Shown here piece by piece: positions 47,291-55,877 of a stretch of DNA of 64,000 nucleotides. The notes below the pieces were generated by a model, which did no database searches, was not told where the DNA came from, and worked only from the letters and a program-made list of their open reading frames with translations. The stretch is taken from the IMG/VR virus record IMGVR_UViG_3300045988_175246, one strand, 5' to 3'. The first letter of the stretch is position 1. Each line of letters starts with the position of its first letter. The stretch is from a virus. Made by a program: the position numbers and the translations under genes.

Positions 47291-48285
47291 CCAAGAGGAA
47301 ACCGTGGGTCATTTCCGTTTCACCAGTCAAATGCCCCGACGATATGACCGGAATCCCCGACGTTTACATCCAAGCATGGAAGAAATACGTCGGCAAGGTA
47401 GAACCGCAGGGTGGAGACCGTGAGGATTGGATTGAAACCTGTTCCCGACTCTACTGGGGTGTCCGTAATCTAGGTGAGGACGCCATAGTCCGAGTGCATG
47501 GGAAAACCGACATCGACTCGAAACAGCTAATCGGATTACCGCACTTCGGACAAGTGTTGGACATGCCGCCAATCGACCAGTATGCGGACCCGTCTCATGC
47601 CGACCGTTACGCCATCAATTCCAACGTGCGTATGCTCATGCATCGGAAGACGAAACTCAGTTCCATCTACGAGGATGACATCAAACATGCGTTCGCTTCT
47701 CTTATTAGGGACGGTGTCTCGTCGTTCTTCATCAAATTCATGAACCAAGCCAAATGGCTACCGAATTTGAAAATCTCCGGAACTAATCTTGACGAGCTTG
47801 AACAGCAGGTGCAGGAGTGGGGAGATTGGGCGTTTGTTCATGCGGATGATGACCCGAATGCTCTGCTTATTCAGGAGAATGTCGATATCCAATACGAGTA
47901 TCGCATGTTCATGGTTGGCAACCAGCCTGTCTGCGGCGCGGGCAATATCGGATTGAAAACACCAATCGACAACATGCATACGAGATTCGACCCTCAAATG
48001 CAGAAGATTCGTGACGACACCACCGTTAAGAATGTTGAACTCAGACCGGAATTGGCAGAACAATACCGTGAGTTCGCCACGCGAGCCGGACGAATGTTCT
48101 CACACTGCGGTTACGGCGCGTACACGCTCGACCTGTGTCTTATCAACGGTGAAGTGTCAATCGTGGAATTGAACGGTTTGATGAATTCCGGACTGTTCGC
48201 ATTGAACATGAACGATTTGACGAGCGCGTTGCGAGTCAATTGGAAAGAGTGCCTTCCCCCGGTTCTGCTCGAACCGGCTATCTAA
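47287..48285 (+). CDS. ATP-grasp-like enzyme (tentative)
   Basis: C-terminal YEYRMFMVGNQPVCGAGN...YGAYTLDLCLINGEVSIVELNGLMNSG resembles ATP-grasp C-terminal fold; start codon uncertain (TTG 47287 / ATG 47345). Confidence 0.35.
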   Translation: MTKRKPWVISVSPVKCPDDMTGIPDVYIQAWKKYVGKVEPQGGDREDWIETCSRLYWGVRNLGEDAIVRVHGKTDIDSKQLIGLPHFGQVLDMPPIDQYADPSHADRYAINSNVRMLMHRKTKLSSIYEDDIKHAFASLIRDGVSSFFIKFMNQAKWLPNLKISGTNLDELEQQVQEWGDWAFVHADDDPNALLIQENVDIQYEYRMFMVGNQPVCGAGNIGLKTPIDNMHTRFDPQMQKIRDDTTVKNVELRPELAEQYREFATRAGRMFSHCGYGAYTLDLCLINGEVSIVELNGLMNSGLFALNMNDLTSALRVNWKECLPPVLLEPAI

Positions 48286-48298
48286 GAAAGGGACGATA

Positions 48299-48796
48299 TT
48301 GGAAAACGAAGAAAAATGTCTCACATGCACCAAACGCGAGGTGACACTTTCGGATTATCCGAACTGGTGTCGATGCAACTTGGGCGTACTCCGCGATTGC
48401 GTGAACAGGCTCAACAATTCCGATGCCGGAATAGACTTCGGAATGCATTTCGGAAACCCGGACTTCGTACTGGAAGGCGACCCTAATCCAGCAAAAGAGA
48501 ACATTCTTTTCTGCAAAGAGGACAAAAAGTACGTCTATCTGGAAGTCCTCACCATGGGAGACGAGAACACTCCGAAAGAGCATATTCCAATAGTCCGAAT
48601 GTGCAAACCTTGCATGGCTCTTATGGGGGAATATTTTTGGAGCGAATATCTTCCGAAAGAGTTTTGGGAAGGATACGAGCAAAATGTGTTGCACACTCTG
48701 AAAAGACTGGTGGACGACCCCAGTGTCGAATCAGACGCCGACCTGATTAAGTATGCGAGAGAAATCGTCCACGGCGACATGCTCATCGACTGGTAG
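48299..48796 (+). CDS. hypothetical Cys-rich protein (165 aa)
   Basis: CLTCTKREVTLSDYPNWCRCNLG...MCKPCMALMGEY. Confidence 0.45.
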   Translation: MENEEKCLTCTKREVTLSDYPNWCRCNLGVLRDCVNRLNNSDAGIDFGMHFGNPDFVLEGDPNPAKENILFCKEDKKYVYLEVLTMGDENTPKEHIPIVRMCKPCMALMGEYFWSEYLPKEFWEGYEQNVLHTLKRLVDDPSVESDADLIKYAREIVHGDMLIDW

Positions 48797-48907
48797 TGTC
48801 TGTTGGCTTGTTTTTAAGGAGCGCGTTTTTGGACACGCTCCTTTCTGTTATCGACTTTGACTATCCGTTTTGTGATGCGCGAGAAAAAACTATGTACTAT
48901 CACGTAC

Positions 48908-48930
48908 TATACTGGGATTATCTACATAGA
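48908..48930 (+). promoter_or_regulatory. conserved promoter/leader motif copy 21 (TATACTGGGATTATCTACATAGA)
   Basis: preceded by hairpin AGGAGCG...CGCTCCT; gene start TTG 48943. Confidence 0.4.
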
Positions 48931-48942
48931 GAGGGAGTATTT

Positions 48943-49347
48943 TTGAGACCACAATCAGAAGACACCGGGGAACTCACCACCGTCATCGACCCCGCGTCCA
49001 TCACACGCATGGCGTCCAGCCATCCAGACAACAGGGAGACCACCATGTATGGCAGACATGGCAAGCATGACGGTAAGCCGCCAAAAATCAAAAGGTCGCG
49101 GACTAAAACAGATAAACCCAAACATCCCATAGAACAGGTCATGCTATTCGTCATGCTCGCCGTAAGTATTGTTTTCTTGGCTGGAACGGTGCCGCTTCTC
49201 TGGTTCATGCCGGTTTCGGAACCAGAGGATATGATTGTCCGACCTATTCTGACTGGCTTGATTGGTGTGGCGGCGGTTTCCGCCGACATTCCGGCTTGGA
49301 TATATTTCGCCCGTTGGCGTCGGAATTTATGTAAAAGCCAAATTTGA
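48943..49347 (+). CDS. membrane protein (2 TM)
   Basis: VMLFVMLAVSIVFLAGTVPLLWFM and ILTGLIGVAAVSADIPAWIYF; start inferred downstream of promoter copy 21 (ORF track 48796..49347). Confidence 0.4.
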   Translation: MRPQSEDTGELTTVIDPASITRMASSHPDNRETTMYGRHGKHDGKPPKIKRSRTKTDKPKHPIEQVMLFVMLAVSIVFLAGTVPLLWFMPVSEPEDMIVRPILTGLIGVAAVSADIPAWIYFARWRRNLCKSQI

Positions 49348-49360
49348 AACATTTCCTTGT

Positions 49361-49383
49361 TATACTGGAATCAACCACATTCA
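49361..49383 (+). promoter_or_regulatory. conserved promoter/leader motif copy 22 (TATACTGGAATCAACCACATTCA)
   Basis: ATG 49404. Confidence 0.45.
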
Positions 49384-49403
49384 AGCAAAAGCAAGGAAAA
49401 CAC

Positions 49404-49673
49404 ATGCCTAGAACCACACTGGCCGATGTCGCATCCGACTACGTGCGCAAACACCAGCACGAGCGACAATGCCGACAACTCGACTCCAACAGCCGGGTCA
49501 CGCTCACCGTCATCCAAAACCAGTGGGCGAAACTTGCAGGACAGGAACCCATGACCATTTTCGACGCGCCGGAAGTCGTAATCAGAAGCATCGAAACCAC
49601 ACAACGCGGCCACGAACTGTTCGACCGCACAAAAGAAACAAACGGGGTCGTCTACTACGGCCTGAAAAACTGA
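49404..49673 (+). CDS. hypothetical small protein (89 aa)
   Basis: MPRTTLADVASDYVRKHQHERQCRQLDSNSRVTLTVIQNQW... Confidence 0.45.
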   Translation: MPRTTLADVASDYVRKHQHERQCRQLDSNSRVTLTVIQNQWAKLAGQEPMTIFDAPEVVIRSIETTQRGHELFDRTKETNGVVYYGLKN

Positions 49674-49690
49674 AAGGAAACAAAAACATA

Positions 49691-50080
49691 ATGTCGGAAC
49701 TCGCAGAGGACACCAGAAGGGTAACGCTTCTACTGGGAGACAATCCGGAAGGAAAAACTCAATGGCATACATGCTTGGACTTGTCCCACAACGAGTATGC
49801 CATCCAAAAACTGCGTGAGACCGGAAGACTGGAAGCGGGGAAGGCCACTTCGCTGACCGTCGGACAGTTGCAGAACCTTCTCACCAAGGCACAGAAGGAC
49901 GCCCACGGGTTCCAAGACACTCCCGCCAGCAAATGCTTGCGGGGCAGTGAGCCTGAACGGAGACTACAGGCATACAAGTTCGCTGAAAACCTCAACCGTG
50001 CCCTCTGTGAAGGCTCTCCCGTGTATTGTTCGGAGTTTGAGCCGAGGCTGGACTTATCTTTCCCGAGTTTCAAGGACTGA
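49691..50080 (+). CDS. hypothetical protein (129 aa)
   Basis: RBS aggaaacaaaaa + ATG 49691 inside ORF 49469..50080; MSELAEDTRRVTLLLGDNPEGKTQWHTC... Confidence 0.45.
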   Translation: MSELAEDTRRVTLLLGDNPEGKTQWHTCLDLSHNEYAIQKLRETGRLEAGKATSLTVGQLQNLLTKAQKDAHGFQDTPASKCLRGSEPERRLQAYKFAENLNRALCEGSPVYCSEFEPRLDLSFPSFKD

Positions 50081-50086
50081 CCATAA

Positions 50087-50593
50087 TTGGGAAGGCATTC
50101 AAACAGACAAGCCCGACCGACGACGATAGGCGAGACGCCTTCTTTTGATAGTCTTATCGCCGCCGGGGTGAGGGATGGTGAGGAATGGGTGAGACAGCGT
50201 GTGCAGAAAAGGATAGCCGCCGTACTGTCCGTTCTTGTCGCCCTGTCCTTGTGTTGTGGCGGCGGATACTATTGGTGGGATACCCAAGGCAAGGCGAAGC
50301 GTGCCCATGCCGAAGCTGAGGACGCCTGTTTCCAACAAGTCAGCAGGATGACGGAATCGTATAATAAGTCGCTCCGACTGTATGCTCAGGTGTCTTCCAA
50401 GTTCAACGAATTGGACGAATCATATGATTTGGACACGTTGGCCGCTTTGCAGGATAAGAAACCGAAGGAATATGAGAATCTGCATTGCTCCACGGATTTG
50501 GATGGCGACAATCGGAGGGCTAGGTCTTTGAAACGTTCGTATGATGAGCTTTCGAAGGAGTATCGCAAGGCTCTTACCCCCATTAGAAAATAG
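50087..50593 (+). CDS. membrane-anchored protein (1 TM)
   Basis: RIAAVLSVLVALSLCCGGGYYWW followed by charged helical region. Confidence 0.4.
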   Translation: MGRHSNRQARPTTIGETPSFDSLIAAGVRDGEEWVRQRVQKRIAAVLSVLVALSLCCGGGYYWWDTQGKAKRAHAEAEDACFQQVSRMTESYNKSLRLYAQVSSKFNELDESYDLDTLAALQDKKPKEYENLHCSTDLDGDNRRARSLKRSYDELSKEYRKALTPIRK

Positions 50594-50598
50594 TATGC

Positions 50599-50621
50599 TA
50601 TACTGGAAACGTTCACATACA
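50599..50621 (+). promoter_or_regulatory. conserved promoter/leader motif copy 23 (TATACTGGAAACGTTCACATACA)
   Basis: gene start TTG 50644. Confidence 0.45.
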
Positions 50622-50643
50622 GCCTATCGTTTAGGAGAAAAAC

Positions 50644-51216
50644 TTGCACAACGATAACGTCAACCACCCCAACCACTACACGTCAGGCCCCTTCGAATGC
50701 ATCGAACTGACATCACGATACCCGTTCCTAGGAGGCAACGCAATCAAATACGTGTACCGCTGGCAGGGCAAGAACGGTCTGGAAGACTTAAGGAAAGCCC
50801 TCTGGTATCTGAACCGAGCGAAAGAGGAAAGCCCCTACGAGCCTCTTGGACTCTATCCGCTCGACTCGTTTGTTCCACCCTACTGTTACTTCCACATGGA
50901 CGACGAATCAGTGCATATGCTGAGGAAACTCGCCCGACTCAACTGGCAGAACATGCGAGGATTCTGGAAGGGCATGGCCGAACTCGCTTGCGACCACAAG
51001 TCCGGCTACACCCGCGCCAAGAAGACGTTGGAGCGTCGAATCCGACTGCTGGAATCCATGCTGACCGACGAGGAGCAGACCGTCCTGTCCGCCATCTGGC
51101 AGGACAAGGAGCTGACCGAATCGCAGAATCGAATCGCCTACCGTCTGCAAGCCCGTGGTCTTGCGAAACTGGACAAGTCCGATGGCGTGTGGAACCCGAC
51201 CGGAAAGGAGCGCTGA
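50644..51216 (+). CDS. DUF3310-like protein (NHPxHY motif)
   Basis: N-terminus NDNVNHPNHYTSGPFECIELTSRYPFLGGNAIKYVYRWQGKNGLEDLRKA recalled as typical of phage DUF3310 family. Confidence 0.4.
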   Translation: MHNDNVNHPNHYTSGPFECIELTSRYPFLGGNAIKYVYRWQGKNGLEDLRKALWYLNRAKEESPYEPLGLYPLDSFVPPYCYFHMDDESVHMLRKLARLNWQNMRGFWKGMAELACDHKSGYTRAKKTLERRIRLLESMLTDEEQTVLSAIWQDKELTESQNRIAYRLQARGLAKLDKSDGVWNPTGKER

Positions 51217-51217
51217 C

Positions 51218-51487
51218 ATGAAGGAGGAGAACGAAACGTTCCTTGAGCGAGTGTCCTATGCTATGTTCCGGTATGGTCTGGGTTTGTACTTGCTGTCCGG
51301 AATGGTGTCCCTGTTGGGGCTTGTCGGCTCTTTTTTGCTGAAACGATTTTCTTGGTATTGGGGTTTGCCTTTCGTCGTATGCGGCATACTGTTTCTAGTC
51401 GTGTTTCCACTGGCGTTGTTTCTCCTGTCGGTGGATGATTGGAGACAGAAAAAACATGTCGGAGAAAACGAGATTAAGGTTTCGTAG
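51218..51487 (+). CDS. small membrane protein
   Basis: MKEENETFLERVSYAMFRYGLGLYLLSGMVSLLGLVGSFLL...FVVCGILFLVVFPLALFLL. Confidence 0.4.
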   Translation: MKEENETFLERVSYAMFRYGLGLYLLSGMVSLLGLVGSFLLKRFSWYWGLPFVVCGILFLVVFPLALFLLSVDDWRQKKHVGENEIKVS

Positions 51488-51845
51488 AATCGAAGCCGGA
51501 TTGTTGAAAGCCTTCCATCGGGGTTTCAGTCTGTTGCTGGCGGTGTTTATTTTTACCTTGCTGGCGATTGTGGTGCTTCATGTCCTGTACAGCACGTATG
51601 CCGTGGGTCTTCTGGTAATCCCATCCGTCGTGGTGATTATAGAAGCCCTGTTGGCTGGGTTTGATTTTCTGTTTGAGTTCCTTGCAGGGGATACCACTTA
51701 TGAACAGGCTGGTGTAGAACCCCCCGAAGGAACTTTTTCCAAAAAATCCGAAAATTCTTCCGTGATGGATGACGCTCGTATGTTTGCCGCCGTTTTGAAG
51801 GCTTCTCGCAAGGCTGGCAAGTCGAAGAAGGGTGACGCGCACTGA
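51456..51845 (+). CDS. membrane protein (2 TM)
   Basis: MSEKTRLRFRRIEAGLLKAFHRGFSLLLAVFIFTLLAIVVLHVLY...LLVIPSVVVIIEALLAGF. Confidence 0.4.
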   Translation: MSEKTRLRFRRIEAGLLKAFHRGFSLLLAVFIFTLLAIVVLHVLYSTYAVGLLVIPSVVVIIEALLAGFDFLFEFLAGDTTYEQAGVEPPEGTFSKKSENSSVMDDARMFAAVLKASRKAGKSKKGDAH

Positions 51846-51876
51846 GTTTAGGTTGTCCCCCTAAGATGGTACAAGT

Positions 51877-51899
51877 TATATTGGAATTGTCCACATATG
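51877..51899 (+). promoter_or_regulatory. conserved promoter/leader motif copy 24 (TATATTGGAATTGTCCACATATG)
   Basis: ATG 51913. Confidence 0.45.
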
Positions 51900-51912
51900 G
51901 TAATATGGGGGC

Positions 51913-52446
51913 ATGACTGGTACAACACACTCAAAAGAAATCCTGATGATACGAATCGGATACGCACCCCGACAAGGCCGCGTATACTTCCAACCACACA
52001 CCGTGATGCAGGAATACCTCCGATTCAGCAAAGAACACGACAACCACGTCCTATGGAAATGCGGAATCATCGGCGTCATGAAAAACGTGGAGCAGGTAAT
52101 CCTGTACGCGCACGACGAAGACCTCATGCTCATAGGCGAAGTGACTGGCTTCGGAAGCCCATACAATCCAAGGACATGGGACGAAGGAAGCTTCTACCAA
52201 TGTCCCAAACCATGGTCTAAAGAACCAGCCAAATACTGGATAGCGTTGGACGACCTGAGACCATTGGAAGGTTTCAACCCAGACCTGTATGAACTCGCCG
52301 CAGGTAAAGACAAGGGCAAACCATTGTCCTTGGTGTTCGAACGCAAGGTACCCATGCTGACCATGGCCGACGCCGATGGCAAACGCAAGTCCGCTACCAC
52401 TTCCCGACGTTCGGGGCTTACCCGTATTCGACTACGTGAGGTGTGA
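51913..52446 (+). CDS. hypothetical protein (177 aa)
   Basis: MTGTTHSKEILMIRIGYAPRQGRVYFQPHTVMQEYLRF... Confidence 0.45.
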   Translation: MTGTTHSKEILMIRIGYAPRQGRVYFQPHTVMQEYLRFSKEHDNHVLWKCGIIGVMKNVEQVILYAHDEDLMLIGEVTGFGSPYNPRTWDEGSFYQCPKPWSKEPAKYWIALDDLRPLEGFNPDLYELAAGKDKGKPLSLVFERKVPMLTMADADGKRKSATTSRRSGLTRIRLREV

Positions 52447-52482
52447 ATGGTTCCAGTATTGGACACATTCGCAAAAACACCC

Positions 52483-52505
52483 TATACTGGAAGTAGTCAC
52501 ATAAG
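52483..52505 (+). promoter_or_regulatory. conserved promoter/leader motif copy 25 (TATACTGGAAGTAGTCACATAAG)
   Basis: ATG 52521. Confidence 0.45.
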
Positions 52506-52520
52506 AGTAAGGATAACACC

Positions 52521-53060
52521 ATGACCGAAACACTCATGGACAGACGCGCAGTATTCATGCGCATCAGTTCGGAATCAGACCTCATTGGAAAAGCCAGCGT
52601 CAAACCCGACGAAGACACCATCATCCGCTACAACTGGCGACAGGCGGAAAGCATGATGGATGAAATCATCAACCATGCGGAACAGAACGATGGCAAAGCC
52701 ATCATCCCGTTCGACAGCATCGTTTCAGTCCGCTCGCTCGACACCTGCTCCCAGTTCATCCTCTGGCGCACCGACGGCAGATATCTCATCGGCAAACTGT
52801 ACGAGTCCGGAGAGGACTACAAGTACGGTATGGACGACCGTGACGGCTACACCGCACCGACCGCACTGCGGGCGAAAACCGCGTCCCGCTGGGTGAAGGT
52901 CAAGAACATCAAAAGCGGAGACGACTTCCCGTTCGAGAAATGGTATATCGAAGCATACCGTCATCGCGCTCGTAGCAAAACACCATTGGATGCGGCCTTG
53001 AAGAACAGCCACATGAACGTCATGTTCGTATATAAGGAGGAAGGTAAGGAAGATGCCTAA
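52521..53060 (+). CDS. hypothetical protein (179 aa)
   Basis: MTETLMDRRAVFMRISSESDLIGKASVKPDEDTIIRYNW... Confidence 0.45.
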   Translation: MTETLMDRRAVFMRISSESDLIGKASVKPDEDTIIRYNWRQAESMMDEIINHAEQNDGKAIIPFDSIVSVRSLDTCSQFILWRTDGRYLIGKLYESGEDYKYGMDDRDGYTAPTALRAKTASRWVKVKNIKSGDDFPFEKWYIEAYRHRARSKTPLDAALKNSHMNVMFVYKEEGKEDA

Positions 53061-53370
53061 AATCATCGTGCCGGGCAAACGTCTCACGGCGGATGTCACC
53101 CATAAGATTCAGCCCATGATTACAGTCAAGGATACGACCGGCAAGGAATGGTTCGCCCGAGCCATGTTCCTTAATCTGAACCGTGGGACAGGCGACAATT
53201 GGAAGGTCGAGGATTTCAGCCTGTCCATCGCCGCCAAGGAAAACTATGCGTTCTACAAGAACACCAAGCTTGGAGTGGAAGTCCGTCTCGACCAGAATCC
53301 TGAACTCAAGAAACTGGTAAACGAATACGTGTCCATAGTCAAAAAAGACACCACTCAAGCCGGAGTCTGA
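53053..53370 (+). CDS. hypothetical protein (105 aa)
   Basis: MPKIIVPGKRLTADVTHKIQPMITVKDTTGKEWFARAMFLNL... Confidence 0.45.
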   Translation: MPKIIVPGKRLTADVTHKIQPMITVKDTTGKEWFARAMFLNLNRGTGDNWKVEDFSLSIAAKENYAFYKNTKLGVEVRLDQNPELKKLVNEYVSIVKKDTTQAGV

Positions 53371-53444
53371 TTTTTCCCAAAACAGCAAGAATAGAACCTC
53401 CCTTTCGCGTAAGGTTGTTTACAGCGAAAAGGAGGTTTTCTTCT

Positions 53445-54239
53445 ATGGCATATAATCCGTCAGAACCGCGCGACCCGCTGGGCAAGTGGATGAAAGCGCA
53501 TGGCGGCAATCCGAAGGCGAGTCTTGCCGATAATGTCAAAAGTCTCAACTATGCGGAAGAGCATGGGGCGGCTGTCGATACCAAAAACACGCCGACAGCG
53601 GTAATTGACCAGATAGCCAAGACCGGCAAAGACGAGGACAACCGGCTGGAGGCGCTGATGAACCCGAACATCGGCGACGAGACACTTGACTCGTTCAAGT
53701 ACAGCGACGATGTGAGGGAGCGCACGGCAGTCGCGTCCAATCCGAAACTGGATGGCAAGACGCTCGACATGATGGCGGACGATGACAACTTCTATGTGAA
53801 ACGTGCCGTGGACCTCAACCGCAACACCCCGACCAACACTCTGGAACGGCTCGAAGGCGATGCCGACAAGGACATTGCCGACTACGCTCTCATGGCATGG
53901 TGTCGGAACCGTTCGCTGGAATACTGCAAGGAAGGCGATTACGGTAATCCCAGCGTCCTGCTCGGGCAGAACAGATACCATCAAACACTGAGGCTCGAAG
54001 AGCTTATGGACTACGACGATGTGAGAGACCCCATGCCGCTACCGGGGCAGGACGGTTACAACGACTATATCGAGACCAACGAGAAACTGCATGTCTGCGA
54101 CATATACACGTCGGAGATAGCCACGGAGGCGGCTAGGAACGGCGACTACGACGCAGCCTTGCAAATCTTCGAGGCCGGTCACAGCGAATGGACGGACGAC
54201 AGGGCGGGAACCACCTTCCCCTTAGCAAAGGCAGGATGA
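53445..54239 (+). CDS. LRV/HEAT-like repeat protein, family F4
   Basis: N-terminus MAYNPSEPRDPLGKWMKAHGGNPKAS shared with 54685..55866; repeats of type D..VR..VA.NP.L....L..L (e.g. SDDVRERTAVASNPKLDGKTLDMMADDDNFYVKRAVDLNRNTPTNTLERL). Confidence 0.55.
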   Translation: MAYNPSEPRDPLGKWMKAHGGNPKASLADNVKSLNYAEEHGAAVDTKNTPTAVIDQIAKTGKDEDNRLEALMNPNIGDETLDSFKYSDDVRERTAVASNPKLDGKTLDMMADDDNFYVKRAVDLNRNTPTNTLERLEGDADKDIADYALMAWCRNRSLEYCKEGDYGNPSVLLGQNRYHQTLRLEELMDYDDVRDPMPLPGQDGYNDYIETNEKLHVCDIYTSEIATEAARNGDYDAALQIFEAGHSEWTDDRAGTTFPLAKAG

Positions 54240-54667
54240 AATGCCCCGCCATGGCTATCGACGCGGAGACGAAATTGGCTGACCAGTTCCTCTACCACGC
54301 CTCGTCCGAGCAGTGCGAAAAACTCCATGAGCTAGGCTACGATTCGTCGGCGCAGGGCATACTGAACCGTTTCGACATGACCAACACCATCAGCACCCGC
54401 CCCATGGCGGAACACTGCACGGTGCCGGACAGGCTCGACAGGCTCTCCCAGTCGAAGGACTCAGAGACGAGACTTCATGTGGCGGGCAATCCGAACACCA
54501 GCCTTCACACGTTGGAGACGCTAAGCGAAGACAAGGACGAGAAAGTCAGCCGTAGGGCCGTCATGAATCTTGAACATCGCCGTGAGAATCAAAGACTCTC
54601 GGACGAATACGCGGGAGTCGATTTCAACGACGATAGCGGATACGACGATATCCAATTCGAATACTAA
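54236..54667 (+). CDS. LRV/HEAT-like repeat protein, family F4
   Basis: SETRLHVAGNPNTSLHTLETLSEDKDEKVSRRAVMNLE repeat units; ATG 54236 overlaps upstream stop. Confidence 0.45.
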   Translation: MKCPAMAIDAETKLADQFLYHASSEQCEKLHELGYDSSAQGILNRFDMTNTISTRPMAEHCTVPDRLDRLSQSKDSETRLHVAGNPNTSLHTLETLSEDKDEKVSRRAVMNLEHRRENQRLSDEYAGVDFNDDSGYDDIQFEY

Positions 54668-54684
54668 AAGAAAGTGGAGGAGGA

Positions 54685-55866
54685 ATGTACAATCCTTTAC
54701 AAGCAAGAGACCCGCTAGGCAAATGGGTCAAGGAGCATGGCGGCGCTTCGATTGAGGACGTAGTCTCCAAGACCAGCATGGTCGATTTGGAGAACATGGC
54801 CTTGGATGATAGGACGCCTACCGCCGTGTTGAACAATCTCGCCACGACCGAATACGGGTTCAACCATCCGTTCGATGAGGACAAGACTTATCCGAATGCG
54901 AACGGCGAACCACCGAAGGACGCGAGGGAGAACCGGTACAATTACGAGCAACAGTTGGTCAGATATGACGCCAAGGTTCGTTGCACGGCAATCGAACGTG
55001 GCGCTGATGATACCGCGTTGAGCGTATGCCGGTTCGACTACAATCCCCAAATCCGTAATGCGGTAGCACGCAACACAGATGACGCCCGCACATTGGATGT
55101 GCTCTCGTCCGACGAGTCTTGGAAGGTTCGTGGTGCCGTGGCTGGCAATCCACATACTCCGAAGAACGCTACGGAACGACTGTTGAACGATGATGAGGCC
55201 ATCGTCCGTGCGGAAGCGTTGAAACGTTCGGATTTGAGTTCCGAACAGATTCGGAAAGCCGTGGATGATAGTTTGGAACCGGCCCTTCATGGTGATGGTG
55301 CCGTGACCGATGATATGACGAAAATAACCCGTGCCGCGTCCGACAATTGGCAGGCCGACGCCGATACTCTTCACGAATGCCTTCGTGTGGACGATTATGA
55401 GACTCAACGAAACGTCGCGGAGCATGAGCATACGTCTCAGGAGGATTTGCACCGGCTGGCTTCCAGCGAGGATAACGCTGTCCGCGAGCAGGTGGCGTTC
55501 AACCCCCATGCGTCATCGGCTACGTTGAGCTTTTTGGCCTACGACGATTGGGCTCAGACCCGCGTCAACGTGGCGGGCAATCCCAACACGACTCCCGATA
55601 CGTTGGAGTACATGTCGAACCAGTGGAGTCCGCATGTGAAGCGTGCTATCGCCGTGAACTCAAACGCCTCCGTGGATACGTTGAGAAAGCTGTCCCACGA
55701 TTCAGATAAGACCGTGAGACGATTGGCTTATTCCGGACTGAAGCAAAAAGGTGAGAAACCCATCGACAAGCCATTTAAACCAGCCAAGCCGGTCGAAGAC
55801 GACAATCCCGGAAAATACATGAGCGCCGACTTCAACCCCGTGGAGTTCTTCGGTTTGGATGACTGA
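54685..55866 (+). CDS. LRV/HEAT-like repeat protein, family F4 (393 aa)
   Basis: N-terminus MYNPLQARDPLGKWVKEHGG; many repeats (ESWKVRGAVAGNPHTPKNATERLLNDDEAIVRAEAL; DNAVREQVAFNPHASSATLSFLAYDDWAQTRVNVAGNPNTTPDTLEYM; SPHVKRAIAVNSNASVDTLRKLSHDSDKTVRRLAYS). Confidence 0.55.
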   Translation: MYNPLQARDPLGKWVKEHGGASIEDVVSKTSMVDLENMALDDRTPTAVLNNLATTEYGFNHPFDEDKTYPNANGEPPKDARENRYNYEQQLVRYDAKVRCTAIERGADDTALSVCRFDYNPQIRNAVARNTDDARTLDVLSSDESWKVRGAVAGNPHTPKNATERLLNDDEAIVRAEALKRSDLSSEQIRKAVDDSLEPALHGDGAVTDDMTKITRAASDNWQADADTLHECLRVDDYETQRNVAEHEHTSQEDLHRLASSEDNAVREQVAFNPHASSATLSFLAYDDWAQTRVNVAGNPNTTPDTLEYMSNQWSPHVKRAIAVNSNASVDTLRKLSHDSDKTVRRLAYSGLKQKGEKPIDKPFKPAKPVEDDNPGKYMSADFNPVEFFGLDD

Positions 55867-55877
55867 AATCACGTTCT

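Noticed and set aside
54715-55509. 264-aa minus-strand ORF
   Set aside because: Antisense to the LRV-repeat protein gene 54685..55866.
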